Assembly (NCBI GenBank): GCA_963666275.2
Contig: CAXXOA010000001.1
Location: forward strand, 64,001-128,000
DNA length: 64,000 nucleotides
Direction: 5' to 3'
From: Oceanispirochaeta sp.
GTDB lineage: Bacteria; Spirochaetota; Spirochaetia; DSM-2461
Shown here: positions 46,581 to 55,621 of the stretch, in pieces
How the letters are laid out: each line of letters begins with the position of its first letter
Numbering within the stretch: position 1 is the first letter of the stretch
Program-made: the position numbers and the translations under genes
The notes under the pieces: model-generated
Told to the model about the DNA's origin: nothing
Databases searched by the model: none
The model's input: only the letters and a program-made list of their open reading frames with translations

Positions 46581-47588
46581 ATGAAAAGATTGTTAGCATT
46601 GGTAGTAATGGCTGCAGTTCTGACAGGTGGTGTATTTGCCGCTGGTCAGCAGGAAGGCGGAGCTTCCGGTGGTGGAGATGAGAAAATCGTTCTGAAACTC
46701 GGATACGGTGGACCTACCACCAACCCCAGGCATATGGTTGCAGAACAGTTCAAGGCTGCCGTAGAGAAAGAAAGCAATGGTAGAGTTCAGATCGACCTGT
46801 TTCCTGCTGAAATGATTGGTACTGACAGACAGATGGCTGAAATGGTTTCCATGGGAACCCTGGACATGACCATTAATGCTCATGGTGTTATTGCATCCTA
46901 CGAGCCCAAGCTGGCTGCCCTGGAACTTCCTTTCCTTTTTACCTCCAATGAAAAAGTGGGACAGGTTCTTGATGGACCCATGGGTGAAGAAATTGTAAAA
47001 GATCTGCCTGCCAAAGGGATGAGAGTTCTGGCATTCTGGGAAAATGGTCTGAGACAGATCACCAATAGTGTAAGACCTATCGAAAAACCCGAAGATCTGA
47101 AGGGACTGAAACTCAGAACTCCTGAAAACCCCATGACACTGGCTATTTTCAAAGCCCTTGGAGCAAGCCCCGCTCCCCTGGCTTTCTCTGAACTCTACAT
47201 GGCTCTGTCTCAGGGTGTGTTCGACGGACAGGAAAACCCCGTTGTAAATATTCACGCAGCCAAGTTTGACGAAGTTCAGAAATACATTTCCATTACTAAT
47301 CATAAATATGAAAGCTGTCCTTTCGTAGTGAGTGAAGCTGTATGGCAGGACCTTCCTGCTGACGTTCAGGTTATCCTGAAAGAAAATGCGGTTGAGTTCG
47401 CCGGTGTTCACAGACAGACTGTAGCTGATGGGCAGGCTAAACTTCTGGCTGAACTGGAATCCAAGGGAATGCAGGTCAGTCGTCCTGACACCGCTCCTTT
47501 CCAGGCTGCTACTGCCAGTGTATATGCTGAGTATGAGAAAAAACTCGGAAAAGATCTGGTTGACGGCGTGAGAGCTGCAGCAAAATAA
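46581..47588 (+). CDS. dctP: TRAP transporter substrate-binding protein (copy 2, diverged)
   Basis: ENGLRQ, GLKLRT, DGQENP; many substitutions versus copy 1. Confidence 0.93.
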   Translation: MKRLLALVVMAAVLTGGVFAAGQQEGGASGGGDEKIVLKLGYGGPTTNPRHMVAEQFKAAVEKESNGRVQIDLFPAEMIGTDRQMAEMVSMGTLDMTINAHGVIASYEPKLAALELPFLFTSNEKVGQVLDGPMGEEIVKDLPAKGMRVLAFWENGLRQITNSVRPIEKPEDLKGLKLRTPENPMTLAIFKALGASPAPLAFSELYMALSQGVFDGQENPVVNIHAAKFDEVQKYISITNHKYESCPFVVSEAVWQDLPADVQVILKENAVEFAGVHRQTVADGQAKLLAELESKGMQVSRPDTAPFQAATASVYAEYEKKLGKDLVDGVRAAAK

Positions 47589-47614
47589 TCAGCTTTAATC
47601 AGGGAAAATATTTG

Positions 47615-47658
47615 ATGGGGTTGTTTCTATTACTTATAGTTTTAGGAAACAACCCCAT
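47615..47658 (+). other. stem-loop after dctP copy 2
   Basis: ATGGGGTTGTTTC...GAAACAACCCCAT; unrelated in sequence to the copy 1 hairpin. Confidence 0.65.
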
Positions 47659-47678
47659 TTTTAAGGAAAAAACACACA

Positions 47679-48167
47679 ATGAGTTTCATTCATAAAGTAA
47701 ATGAGCTGGTGATCAAAGCTGTAACCGCTCTAAGCCTTGTTTTACTCGGAATACTGACAGTGGGTACCATGGGCGGAGTCATATTCCGGTATGTACTGAA
47801 GAGTCCTGTGGTCTGGTTATACGAATTTATAGTTCTTATCTTTGCCTGGACTGTTTTCAGCGGCGTTGTCCTGGCATACTCTAAAAAAGAAAATATACAT
47901 CTGACCTTTGTTATGAATGCTCTTTCCCGCAATGGAAAGAGGATTCTGGCTCTGATCATAGATCTTATAAATATGATATTTCTCTTCATGGTTGTTTTCT
48001 ACGGTTTTAAGCTTGTGAAAAGTACATCCATGCAGACCTATAATACAATTCCCGTTTCGCTGGGATGGTTCTATGCCTCCTTTCCGGTTATGGGGATTCC
48101 AATGATTATTACCATCATAGACCGGGCGGTTAGCCGGTTTGAAAAAACTGACAGGGAGGCCGCCTGA
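47679..48167 (+). CDS. dctQ: TRAP transporter small permease (copy 2)
   Basis: paralog of 36438-36941. Confidence 0.9.
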   Translation: MSFIHKVNELVIKAVTALSLVLLGILTVGTMGGVIFRYVLKSPVVWLYEFIVLIFAWTVFSGVVLAYSKKENIHLTFVMNALSRNGKRILALIIDLINMIFLFMVVFYGFKLVKSTSMQTYNTIPVSLGWFYASFPVMGIPMIITIIDRAVSRFEKTDREAA

Positions 48168-49447
48168 TGGGTTTTATTCTTTTAATCTGTTTCGCCGTTC
48201 TGATGGCCATAGGAGTGCCCATTGCGGTATCCCTGGGACTGAGTACGGCCCTGTCGATCATGATTACCGGTCAGTATAACCTGATCACGGTATTTCACCG
48301 GGCTATCAGCGGTGTGGATTCCTATATCCTGCTGTCTATCCCCTTCTTTATCCTGGCGGGACAGCTTATGAACACCGGGGGAATCACCCGGAAGATCTTT
48401 AAGTTCGCCACCTGCCTTGTGGGGCGTATCCCCGGAGGTCTGGGGCATGCGAACATCGTTGCCAGTATCATCTTTTCGGGTATGTCCGGTTCGGCCGTTG
48501 CCGATGCGGGCGGTCTGGGACAGATTGAAATGCAGGCCATGACCGATGAAGGGTATGATCCCGAGTTCAGTGCGGCGGTCACCACCGCTTCGGCCACCAT
48601 AGGTCCGATCATTCCGCCCAGTATTCCCATGGTTGTCTACGGCGCCGCCGCAGAAGTCTCTGTGGGAGCCCTGTTCCTGGGCGGTTTCATTCCCGGAATC
48701 CTTCTGGGGCTGACCTCCATGGTTCTTGTACTGATCATATCCCTGAAACGGGGCTATCCCCGGAGCGATTACTTCAGTTTCAAGGAAGTTGCGATCTCCT
48801 TCAAAGAGTCCTTCCTGTCCCTGCTGACGCCTGTGATCATCATCGGTGGAATCCTGGGGGGAATCTTTACTCCCACCGAAGCCGCCGTTGTGGCCACAGT
48901 CTATGCCTTTGTACTGGGAGTGTTTGTCTACAGAGAGATCAAGCTGAAGGATCTGGCGCAGATCATGATCAGTACGATTATCACCGCCTCTTCGGTTATC
49001 TTCATCATCTCGGCGGCGACCTCTTTCAGCTGGCTGATCGCCATGGAAGGGATCACCATGAAGGTGGCCAACTTCCTGCTGTCTGTGACCACAAACAAGT
49101 ATCTGATCCTGCTTCTTCTGAACCTGATTTTCCTTGTTCTGGGAATGTTTATGGAGAGCCTTTCGATCCTGCTGATTACGGTTCCCTTCCTGATGCCCCT
49201 GATCACCCAGGTGGGACTGAACCCTGTTCATATGGGAGTTGTACTGGTACTGAACCTTATGATCGGTCTGTCCACGCCGCCTGTGGGAATGTCGCTGTTC
49301 GTTTCGAGCAAGATAGCCAAGGTGAGTCTGGAGAGCCTGTACAAGGAGATCCTGCCGTTCCTGATTCCCCTGATTCTGGTACTGCTTGTGATTACCTATG
49401 TGCCTGACACGGTTCTCTGGCTGCCCAGGGTGGTTTTCGGATACTGA
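48167..49447 (+). CDS. dctM: TRAP transporter large permease (copy 2)
   Basis: translation identical to 36941-38221. Confidence 0.95.
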   Translation: MGFILLICFAVLMAIGVPIAVSLGLSTALSIMITGQYNLITVFHRAISGVDSYILLSIPFFILAGQLMNTGGITRKIFKFATCLVGRIPGGLGHANIVASIIFSGMSGSAVADAGGLGQIEMQAMTDEGYDPEFSAAVTTASATIGPIIPPSIPMVVYGAAAEVSVGALFLGGFIPGILLGLTSMVLVLIISLKRGYPRSDYFSFKEVAISFKESFLSLLTPVIIIGGILGGIFTPTEAAVVATVYAFVLGVFVYREIKLKDLAQIMISTIITASSVIFIISAATSFSWLIAMEGITMKVANFLLSVTTNKYLILLLLNLIFLVLGMFMESLSILLITVPFLMPLITQVGLNPVHMGVVLVLNLMIGLSTPPVGMSLFVSSKIAKVSLESLYKEILPFLIPLILVLLVITYVPDTVLWLPRVVFGY

Positions 49448-49452
49448 CAGGA

Positions 49453-49634
49453 GGGGCTGCGGATCTGCATTCTCTGTCGGAATTTTTAATTTTAATTGCA
49501 GAAGGGGACGCAGATCTGCGTCCCGTACTGCATAGGTAAATCGAATGGACAGGTAATTCCTATAAATTGATGATTTCTGAAAGTGAAATGTTATGCGAAA
49601 TCATTATGGCAAAGGCTGCCGATCTGCAGCCGTA
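49453..49634. repeat. three REP-like palindromes with GCnGATCTGC core
   Basis: perfect GGGACGCAGATCTGCGTCCC 49505-49524; degenerate copies at 49453-49472 and 49614-49631. Confidence 0.6.
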
Positions 49635-49646
49635 AAGGAGAATAAT

Positions 49647-50480
49647 ATGAATAAGGAAGAAAAAGTTGCCTATCTGAAAGGTAAGGCCAAAGAGCTTCGA
49701 AAGACGGCATTGACCATGATTCATACCGCTCAGTCAGGACACCCCGGTGGATCCCTGTCTGCTGCAGACTTTATGGCGGCCCTCTATTTCGATGAGCTGA
49801 ATATCAATCCCAAAGACCCCAAATGGGCCGACCGGGACCGCTTCGTCCTTTCAAAAGGGCATGTCTGTCCCATCCTGTACTCCTCTCTGGCTCTGAGAGA
49901 GTACTTCCCCTATGACACCATCTACACCCTGAGAAAACAGGGCTCCATTCTGCAGGGCCACCCTGACATGAAGGTCTGCCCCGGTGTGGATATCTCCACA
50001 GGATCTCTGGGACAGGGCCTGTCCACCGCCGTGGGAATGGCCATAGCGGGAAAACGGGACAAAAAAGACTATCGTGTTTTCTGCCTTGTAGGAGACGGGG
50101 AGTGCCAGGAAGGTCAGATCTGGGAAGCCGTGATGACCGCTGTGAAATACAAACTGGACAACCTGGTGATCCTTGTGGACAACAACAATCTGCAGAACGA
50201 CAACACCTGTGACGTGGTTATGCCTACGGGAGACCTGAGACTGAAGTTCGAGGCCTTCGGCTGTGAGGCAGTACGGATCAACGGACATGAAATGTCTGAA
50301 ATCGTGGATGCCCTGGATGTGGCAAGAAAGCAGAAAGATAACGGAGTTCCCAAAGTGATCGTGGGAAATACAGTCAAAGGCAAGGGCGTTTCCTTTATGG
50401 AAGGTGTTGTCATGTGGCACGGTGTTGCCCCGGACAAAGAACAGTTCGCCCAGGCAGTAGAAGAAGTGGAGGCCATGTAA
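49647..50480 (+). CDS. split transketolase N-terminal subunit (copy 2)
   Basis: two amino-acid differences from copy 1 (MNNEE/MNKEE, DMARK/DVARK); AAGGAG RBS before ATG 49647. Confidence 0.95.
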   Translation: MNKEEKVAYLKGKAKELRKTALTMIHTAQSGHPGGSLSAADFMAALYFDELNINPKDPKWADRDRFVLSKGHVCPILYSSLALREYFPYDTIYTLRKQGSILQGHPDMKVCPGVDISTGSLGQGLSTAVGMAIAGKRDKKDYRVFCLVGDGECQEGQIWEAVMTAVKYKLDNLVILVDNNNLQNDNTCDVVMPTGDLRLKFEAFGCEAVRINGHEMSEIVDALDVARKQKDNGVPKVIVGNTVKGKGVSFMEGVVMWHGVAPDKEQFAQAVEEVEAM

Positions 50481-51409
50481 TGGAAGGAAAAGCAACCAGA
50501 GACGCCTACGGAGAAGAAATCCTGGCCCTCGGAAGAGAAAATAAAAATATCTATGTGGTAGATGCGGACATCGGAAAGTCCTGTAAAACCGTTCCCTTTT
50601 CACAGGAGCTGCCTGATCAGCATGTGAATGTGGGAATCGCCGAGCAGAATGCGGCGGGCGTGGGAGCCGGACTGGCCACCACAGGAAAAATCCCCTTTGT
50701 CACCACCTATGCAATCTTCGGCTCCATGAGAATGGGCGAACAGATCCGACAGGAGATCTGCTATCCCAAACTGAATGTGAAGATAGCCTGTTCCCACGGA
50801 GGATTCACTCCCGCCAACGACGGAGCGAGCCATCAGGCCATCGAAGATATGGGAATCCTCAGAACCATTCCCAATATGACAGTCATCATGCCCGCCGACT
50901 ACTATGCGGCGAAGAAACTGGTAAGAGCGGCGGCCGAGTACTACGGCCCTGTCTACCTGCGGTTTACCCGGGACCCGATCCCCTTTATCTACGACGAAAG
51001 TGTGGAACTGGAAATCGGAAAGGCCCACCAGATCAAAGACGGAAAAGACGTGGCCATCATTGCCAACGGCGATATTATGAGCCGGGCCGTGAAGGCGGCG
51101 GAGGAGCTGGAAGCCAAAGGGATCTCTGTAAGAGTCCTGGATATGCACACCATCAAACCCCTGGATGAGGAAGCGGTGGGAGCCTGTATCGATGAGATCG
51201 GTAAGATCATCACCGTGGAGGATCACAACATCCTGAACGGTCTGGGAAGCGCCGTCTGTGAAATGGTAGCCGAGAGAGGCGTGGGACAGGTGACCCGGAT
51301 CGGAATCCGGGACCAGTTCGGAGAGTCCGCTCCCTATGACTATCTGCTTGAAAAGAACGGCGTCACCGTAGAGAATATAGTCGCTTCCGCAGAGGCCCTG
51401 CTGAAGTGA
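50480..51409 (+). CDS. split transketolase C-terminal subunit (copy 2)
   Basis: translation identical to copy 1. Confidence 0.95.
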   Translation: MEGKATRDAYGEEILALGRENKNIYVVDADIGKSCKTVPFSQELPDQHVNVGIAEQNAAGVGAGLATTGKIPFVTTYAIFGSMRMGEQIRQEICYPKLNVKIACSHGGFTPANDGASHQAIEDMGILRTIPNMTVIMPADYYAAKKLVRAAAEYYGPVYLRFTRDPIPFIYDESVELEIGKAHQIKDGKDVAIIANGDIMSRAVKAAEELEAKGISVRVLDMHTIKPLDEEAVGACIDEIGKIITVEDHNILNGLGSAVCEMVAERGVGQVTRIGIRDQFGESAPYDYLLEKNGVTVENIVASAEALLK

Positions 51410-51420
51410 TTTGGCATGTT

Positions 51421-51568
51421 CCCTCTCCCTTTGGGAGAGGGCAAGGGTGAGGGTTGGATAGAGGCTGTTTCATTTGGCCGGTTCCCCCCCCCTCTCCCCT
51501 TAATCCCCTCTCCAGTGGTTGCATTGGCGAGCAGGAAGCTTGCTTCCGACCAGCCCAAAGGGAGAGGA
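51421..51568. repeat. BoxC-like inverted pair with 42-nt insert (51514-51555)
   Basis: same as 40110-40216 plus AGTGGTTGCATTGGCGAGCAGGAAGCTTGCTTCCGACCAGCC. Confidence 0.7.
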
Positions 51569-51593
51569 GGAGATTCTTTATAAGGATAGAAAC

Positions 51594-52550
51594 ATGAAAA
51601 TAGTAGTATTAGACGGATACACTCTGAACCCGGGAGACCTTTCCTGGGAGGGAATGGAAGCTCTGGGTGAGTTTACCTGTTATGACCGGACCAAACCTGA
51701 AGAGATCTTGAGCCGTATTGGAGATGCCGATGCGGTGATTACCAACAAGACGCCTCTCAGCAGAGAAACCCTGGAGGCCTGTCCTTCCATTAAATACATC
51801 GGAGTGCTTGCCACAGGGTACAATGTGGTGGATGTGGCAGCTGCCGCTGAGAAGGGGATTCCCGTGTGCAATATCCCCACCTACGGAACCACCGCGGTGT
51901 CCCAGTTTGCCTTTGCTCTGCTGCTGAATATCTGCCACCATGTGCAGGACCACTCCAATTCGGTATACGCCGGAGACTGGGCGAACTGCAGTGACTGGAC
52001 CTACTGGAACTTTCCACTCACCGAGCTGGCGGGTAAGACCATGGGAATCATCGGTTACGGCCGGATCGGCCAGGCAACGGGAAAGATTGCTCAGGGATTC
52101 AGCATGAATGTGCTGGCCTTTGATGAGTATCAGAACAAGGATCTGGAGTGCGAGACCATGTCCTACGGGACCCTGGATGAAGTTCTCAGTCAGTCCGATG
52201 TGATTTCCCTGCACTGTCCTCTCTTTCCCTCAACCGAAGGGATCATCAACAAAGAGAACATTGCCAAAATGAAAGACGGTGTGATTCTTCTCAATACCTC
52301 AAGAGGTCCTCTTGTGGTGGAACAGGATCTGAAAGAGGCCCTGGACAGCGGCAAGATCCGGGCGGCCGGTCTGGATGTGGTCTCCACCGAGCCGATTAAG
52401 AGCGACAATGTTCTTCTGAAGGCAAAGAACTGCTTTATCACTCCCCATATCGCCTGGGCTCCCATTGAAGCCCGTTCCCGGCTGATGAACATCGCCGTGG
52501 ACAATCTGAAGGCCTTTGTGGATGGTAAGGTTATCAATAAGGTGAATTGA
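51594..52550 (+). CDS. D-2-hydroxyacid dehydrogenase (copy 2)
   Basis: translation from MKIVVLD identical to copy 1. Confidence 0.93.
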   Translation: MKIVVLDGYTLNPGDLSWEGMEALGEFTCYDRTKPEEILSRIGDADAVITNKTPLSRETLEACPSIKYIGVLATGYNVVDVAAAAEKGIPVCNIPTYGTTAVSQFAFALLLNICHHVQDHSNSVYAGDWANCSDWTYWNFPLTELAGKTMGIIGYGRIGQATGKIAQGFSMNVLAFDEYQNKDLECETMSYGTLDEVLSQSDVISLHCPLFPSTEGIINKENIAKMKDGVILLNTSRGPLVVEQDLKEALDSGKIRAAGLDVVSTEPIKSDNVLLKAKNCFITPHIAWAPIEARSRLMNIAVDNLKAFVDGKVINKVN

Positions 52551-52560
52551 ACAGGCTTTC

Positions 52561-52585
52561 GGCGCCCCGGAGAAACCGGGGTGCC
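52561..52585. terminator. GC-rich hairpin between convergent genes
   Basis: GGCGCCCCGG-AGAAA-CCGGGGTGCC; no clear T tail. Confidence 0.5.
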
Positions 52586-52593
52586 CGGCTGTA

Positions 52594-53445
52594 TCAGATT
52601 TTCCGGCTGTCCAGAGCTGTACGGGTCTTTTTCATATTGGAGAGGGCCTTATCATAGTTCTGAAGGACCGTTCCCATGAAAAGGGCATCAATTATGGTCA
52701 GCTCTGCAATTCTGGAAGAGAGGGCTTCTGTTTTGAATTCCGTTTCGGCAGACGCTGTGAACAGGGGAATGTCACTGTACTTCAGGATCGGGCAGCGGCT
52801 GTAGTTGGTTATGGTTATGACTTTGGCTCCCGCTTCCTTGGCAATGGAGGCGACGTCAATAGTTGTTCCCGAAGCTCCCGAGTGGGAAATAGCTATGACC
52901 ACATCGTTCTTTCCCAGTATAGAGGCGGCCATGGCCTGTATGTTGGCATCTGTTGAAGAGATGGGAGGATAACCGATCCTGACAAATTTATGCTGACCGT
53001 CCTGGGCTATGATGTTGGAACCGCCCACACCGAAGAAGAGCAGCCGATCCGCCTGGATGATCAGATTTACGGCTTTTTCAATGTTCTTTTTATTTATCAC
53101 CGAAAGGGTATCTTTTAAAGCCTGCATGTTCGAGTGAAAAACTTTTTCAACAATAGTTGGGACTGTATCACCGGGTGCCAGCTTTTCAAAAATCTGCATG
53201 GAAGGTTCAATGACATCCTGAGCGATACTGATTTTCATGGCCTGGAACCCTTTGTATCCCAGTTTCTTTGCCAGTCTGACAAGTGAGGCTTCACTGGTGC
53301 TGCAGAGTTCAGCAACTTCTGTGATAGAGGAGTGGATAACATTTTTGCTGTTTTCCTGAATATAGGTACAGAGCTGTTTCTCCTTTGTACTCAGACTGTT
53401 CTGTTCCATAGAGATCCGGATGGCGAAACTCACTTTATCTGTCAT
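52594..53445 (-). CDS. MurR/RpiR family transcriptional regulator (RpiR-3)
   Basis: TSEASLVRLAKKLGYKGF, FGVGGS, AISHSG, SRIAEL. Confidence 0.93.
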   Translation of the reverse strand: MTDKVSFAIRISMEQNSLSTKEKQLCTYIQENSKNVIHSSITEVAELCSTSEASLVRLAKKLGYKGFQAMKISIAQDVIEPSMQIFEKLAPGDTVPTIVEKVFHSNMQALKDTLSVINKKNIEKAVNLIIQADRLLFFGVGGSNIIAQDGQHKFVRIGYPPISSTDANIQAMAASILGKNDVVIAISHSGASGTTIDVASIAKEAGAKVITITNYSRCPILKYSDIPLFTASAETEFKTEALSSRIAELTIIDALFMGTVLQNYDKALSNMKKTRTALDSRKI

Positions 53446-53466
53446 GGCGTAAAGATCCTTCTAATA

Positions 53467-53681
53467 TGAAAATTATTTTCAAGATTTATTCTTTTATATG
53501 GTACTGTCTCGAGGGATAGCTAAAGAAACTGTAGCTTTATTTCCCGGTTTTGACAATAAAAATCCCCGGGCTTCAGGGTATTTCTCCGGGATTTTGTAAA
53601 AAGGTGAAAATTTGAATCAGAAATAAGTGAAAAAAACTTTCGTAAAGGATGCCTTGCTATTGAAGAAATTTTAGTTATGAT
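53467..53681. promoter_or_regulatory. divergent control region with TGAAA-N5-TTTC boxes
   Basis: TGAAAATTATTTTCA 53467-53481, TGAAAAAAACTTTCG 53628-53642, TTGCTA-16-TATGAT 53654-53681. Confidence 0.55.
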
Positions 53682-53756
53682 GTAGCTTTATATCAACAAA
53701 AACCCAGTGAATCTAATTTTAAAAGGATGCCCAGGAGCATTCTGTAGGAGATATTT

Positions 53757-54557
53757 ATGAGTGTTGGAAAGAAAGTAAGATTAGCAAGGCTTCTTCATGA
53801 AGAAAACGGCCGACTTCTGGCTATAACAATGGATCATCCCATTACCAGGGGTGTCCTGCCCGGTCTGGAAAATATCAGAAAAACGATGGAGCTGGTTGTC
53901 GCAGGCCGCCCCGATGCCATTACCATTCAGAAAGGAATCGCCAGGAGCGTATTCCCTCCCTATGCCGGTAAAGTGGCTCTGATTATGAAATCCACCAGTT
54001 ACTCTATCCCTTATCACCCCAATTTTGATACACCTGTAGCGGATGTGGAAGAAGCTGTGGAACTGGGTGCCGATGCCATTTCTGTGGGTATGATTATGGG
54101 CGGTCCCGAACAGGCTCAGCAGCTGTCCAATCTGGGACGGATCAGCAGGGAAGCGGAAAAAGCAGGAATGCCTCTGGTGGCCCATATCTATCCCAAAGGG
54201 TCAATGGTTCAGAATCCCAATGACGCGGATGCCCTGGCCTACTGTGTAAGAGCCGGTGCGGAACTGGGAGTGGATATTATCAAGACTCTCTGGAGCGGTT
54301 CTGCAGAGACTTTTCAGAAAGTTATTGAATCCTGTCCGGCAAAGGTCTGTCTGGCCGGAGGATCTGCCGGAAACGACCTGAAATCCTATCTGCAGATGAC
54401 CCGTGACGGTCTGGATATCGGCCTTGCCGGTGTTACCTACGGACGGAGCGTCTGGCAGGATCCCAACCCCACAGCGGTTGTGAAAAGTCTGAAAGCCATG
54501 ATCCATGACGATGTGACTGTAGAAGAAGCATTAGAAGTATATAATCAGAATAAATAA
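53757..54557 (+). CDS. class I aldolase, archaeal-FBA/LsrF/DhnA family
   Basis: MDH, VEEAVELGADA, YPKG, GAELGVDIIKT (Schiff-base Lys), AGG, GRSVWQ. Confidence 0.9.
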   Translation: MSVGKKVRLARLLHEENGRLLAITMDHPITRGVLPGLENIRKTMELVVAGRPDAITIQKGIARSVFPPYAGKVALIMKSTSYSIPYHPNFDTPVADVEEAVELGADAISVGMIMGGPEQAQQLSNLGRISREAEKAGMPLVAHIYPKGSMVQNPNDADALAYCVRAGAELGVDIIKTLWSGSAETFQKVIESCPAKVCLAGGSAGNDLKSYLQMTRDGLDIGLAGVTYGRSVWQDPNPTAVVKSLKAMIHDDVTVEEALEVYNQNK

Positions 54558-54583
54558 TACTTTTCAGGAGTAGAAAACTGCCT

Positions 54584-55621
54584 ATGAAAGCCGGTGTATT
54601 TACACAAATAGATAAAATGGAAGTTCAGGAGTGGAAGAAACCTGTTATTGAATCGGGGGATGTCCTGATTCAGGTCAAAGCTGCGGCTCTCTGCGGCACA
54701 GATCTGAGAATCTTCCACGGGAAAAAGACAAAGGGCGTCCGGATGCCATCCATTATCGGTCATGAAGTTTCCGGTGTGGTTGTTGAAGCCGGAAAAGATG
54801 TTAAAACCCTTTCCGTCGGAGACAGAGTCTGTGTTGATCCTGTGCTCCCCTGCGGAGAGTGCGCCTATTGTATGAACGGAATGGAAAATGTCTGTCAGAA
54901 CAGGGTCGCCATTGGATATGAGTACGATGGATGCTTTGCCGAGTATATGCGTATACCCGGTCAGTTTATCAGACGGCAGAATGTACAGAAACTCCCCGAT
55001 TCGGTTTCCTGGATCGGCGGGGCTCTGGCCGAACCTCTCGGCTGTGTTATTAATGGCCAGAGAAAACTGAATATCACTCCCGGGGACAATGTGGTTATCC
55101 TGGGAACCGGACCTATCGGCCTGATGCACTGTATGCTGGCAAAAGCTTCCGGTGCGGCTAAAGTCTTTGTCAGTGAGCCGGCGGAAATGCGCCGGAATAT
55201 GGCTGCCGACTTTGGAGCGGATATTCTTGTAGATCCTCTGAAAGAGTCTCTGGAAGAGGTCGTTCTGGCTAATACCTCCGGATTGGGAGCCGACGTGGTT
55301 ATTATGGCCATCGGGATTCCCGCTCTGGCTAATGATGCCCTGAAAATCGCAAGAAAGGGCGGAAGGGTCAGTTTCTTCGCCGGCTTTTCCAAAGGGGATA
55401 TGCCTCCGGTGGATGTGAATCTGATCCATTACAATGAGCTGTATGTCTCCGGCTCCTCTTCTCTACAGAGGAAGGACCTGCAGACCGCCCTGGCTCTGAT
55501 TGCCAGTAAAGCCATAGATGTGGAAAAACTGGCAACCCATAAGTTTCCTCTGGATAAAATCGAAGATGCCTTTGCCGCTGCAGAAAGCGGGCAGGCTCTG
55601 AAGGTGATTCTGGAAGGATGA
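54584..55621 (+). CDS. zinc-dependent polyol/sugar dehydrogenase (MDR family)
   Basis: CGTD, GHE, CGECAYC..C structural Zn site, EPL, GTGPIG. Confidence 0.93.
   Translation: MKAGVFTQIDKMEVQEWKKPVIESGDVLIQVKAAALCGTDLRIFHGKKTKGVRMPSIIGHEVSGVVVEAGKDVKTLSVGDRVCVDPVLPCGECAYCMNGMENVCQNRVAIGYEYDGCFAEYMRIPGQFIRRQNVQKLPDSVSWIGGALAEPLGCVINGQRKLNITPGDNVVILGTGPIGLMHCMLAKASGAAKVFVSEPAEMRRNMAADFGADILVDPLKESLEEVVLANTSGLGADVVIMAIGIPALANDALKIARKGGRVSFFAGFSKGDMPPVDVNLIHYNELYVSGSSSLQRKDLQTALALIASKAIDVEKLATHKFPLDKIEDAFAAAESGQALKVILEG

Larger units (their letters stand above)
44554..52550. repeat. copy 2 of duplicated RpiR-SDR-TRAP-transketolase-dehydrogenase block
   Basis: collinear with 33561-41198, offset about 11.0-11.35 kb. 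Confidence 0.97.

Noticed and set aside
33561..52550. duplication as a pure assembly artefact
   Set aside because: copies differ by synonymous substitutions, diverged paralogs and unrelated spacers; only the fully identical tracts still need read-level checking
53559..53597. AAATCCC(C)GG/CCGGGATTT hairpins here and near 38228 and 45578 as a repeat family
   Set aside because: matches are short and CCGG/CCCGG is very common in this window; not distinguishable from chance by eye
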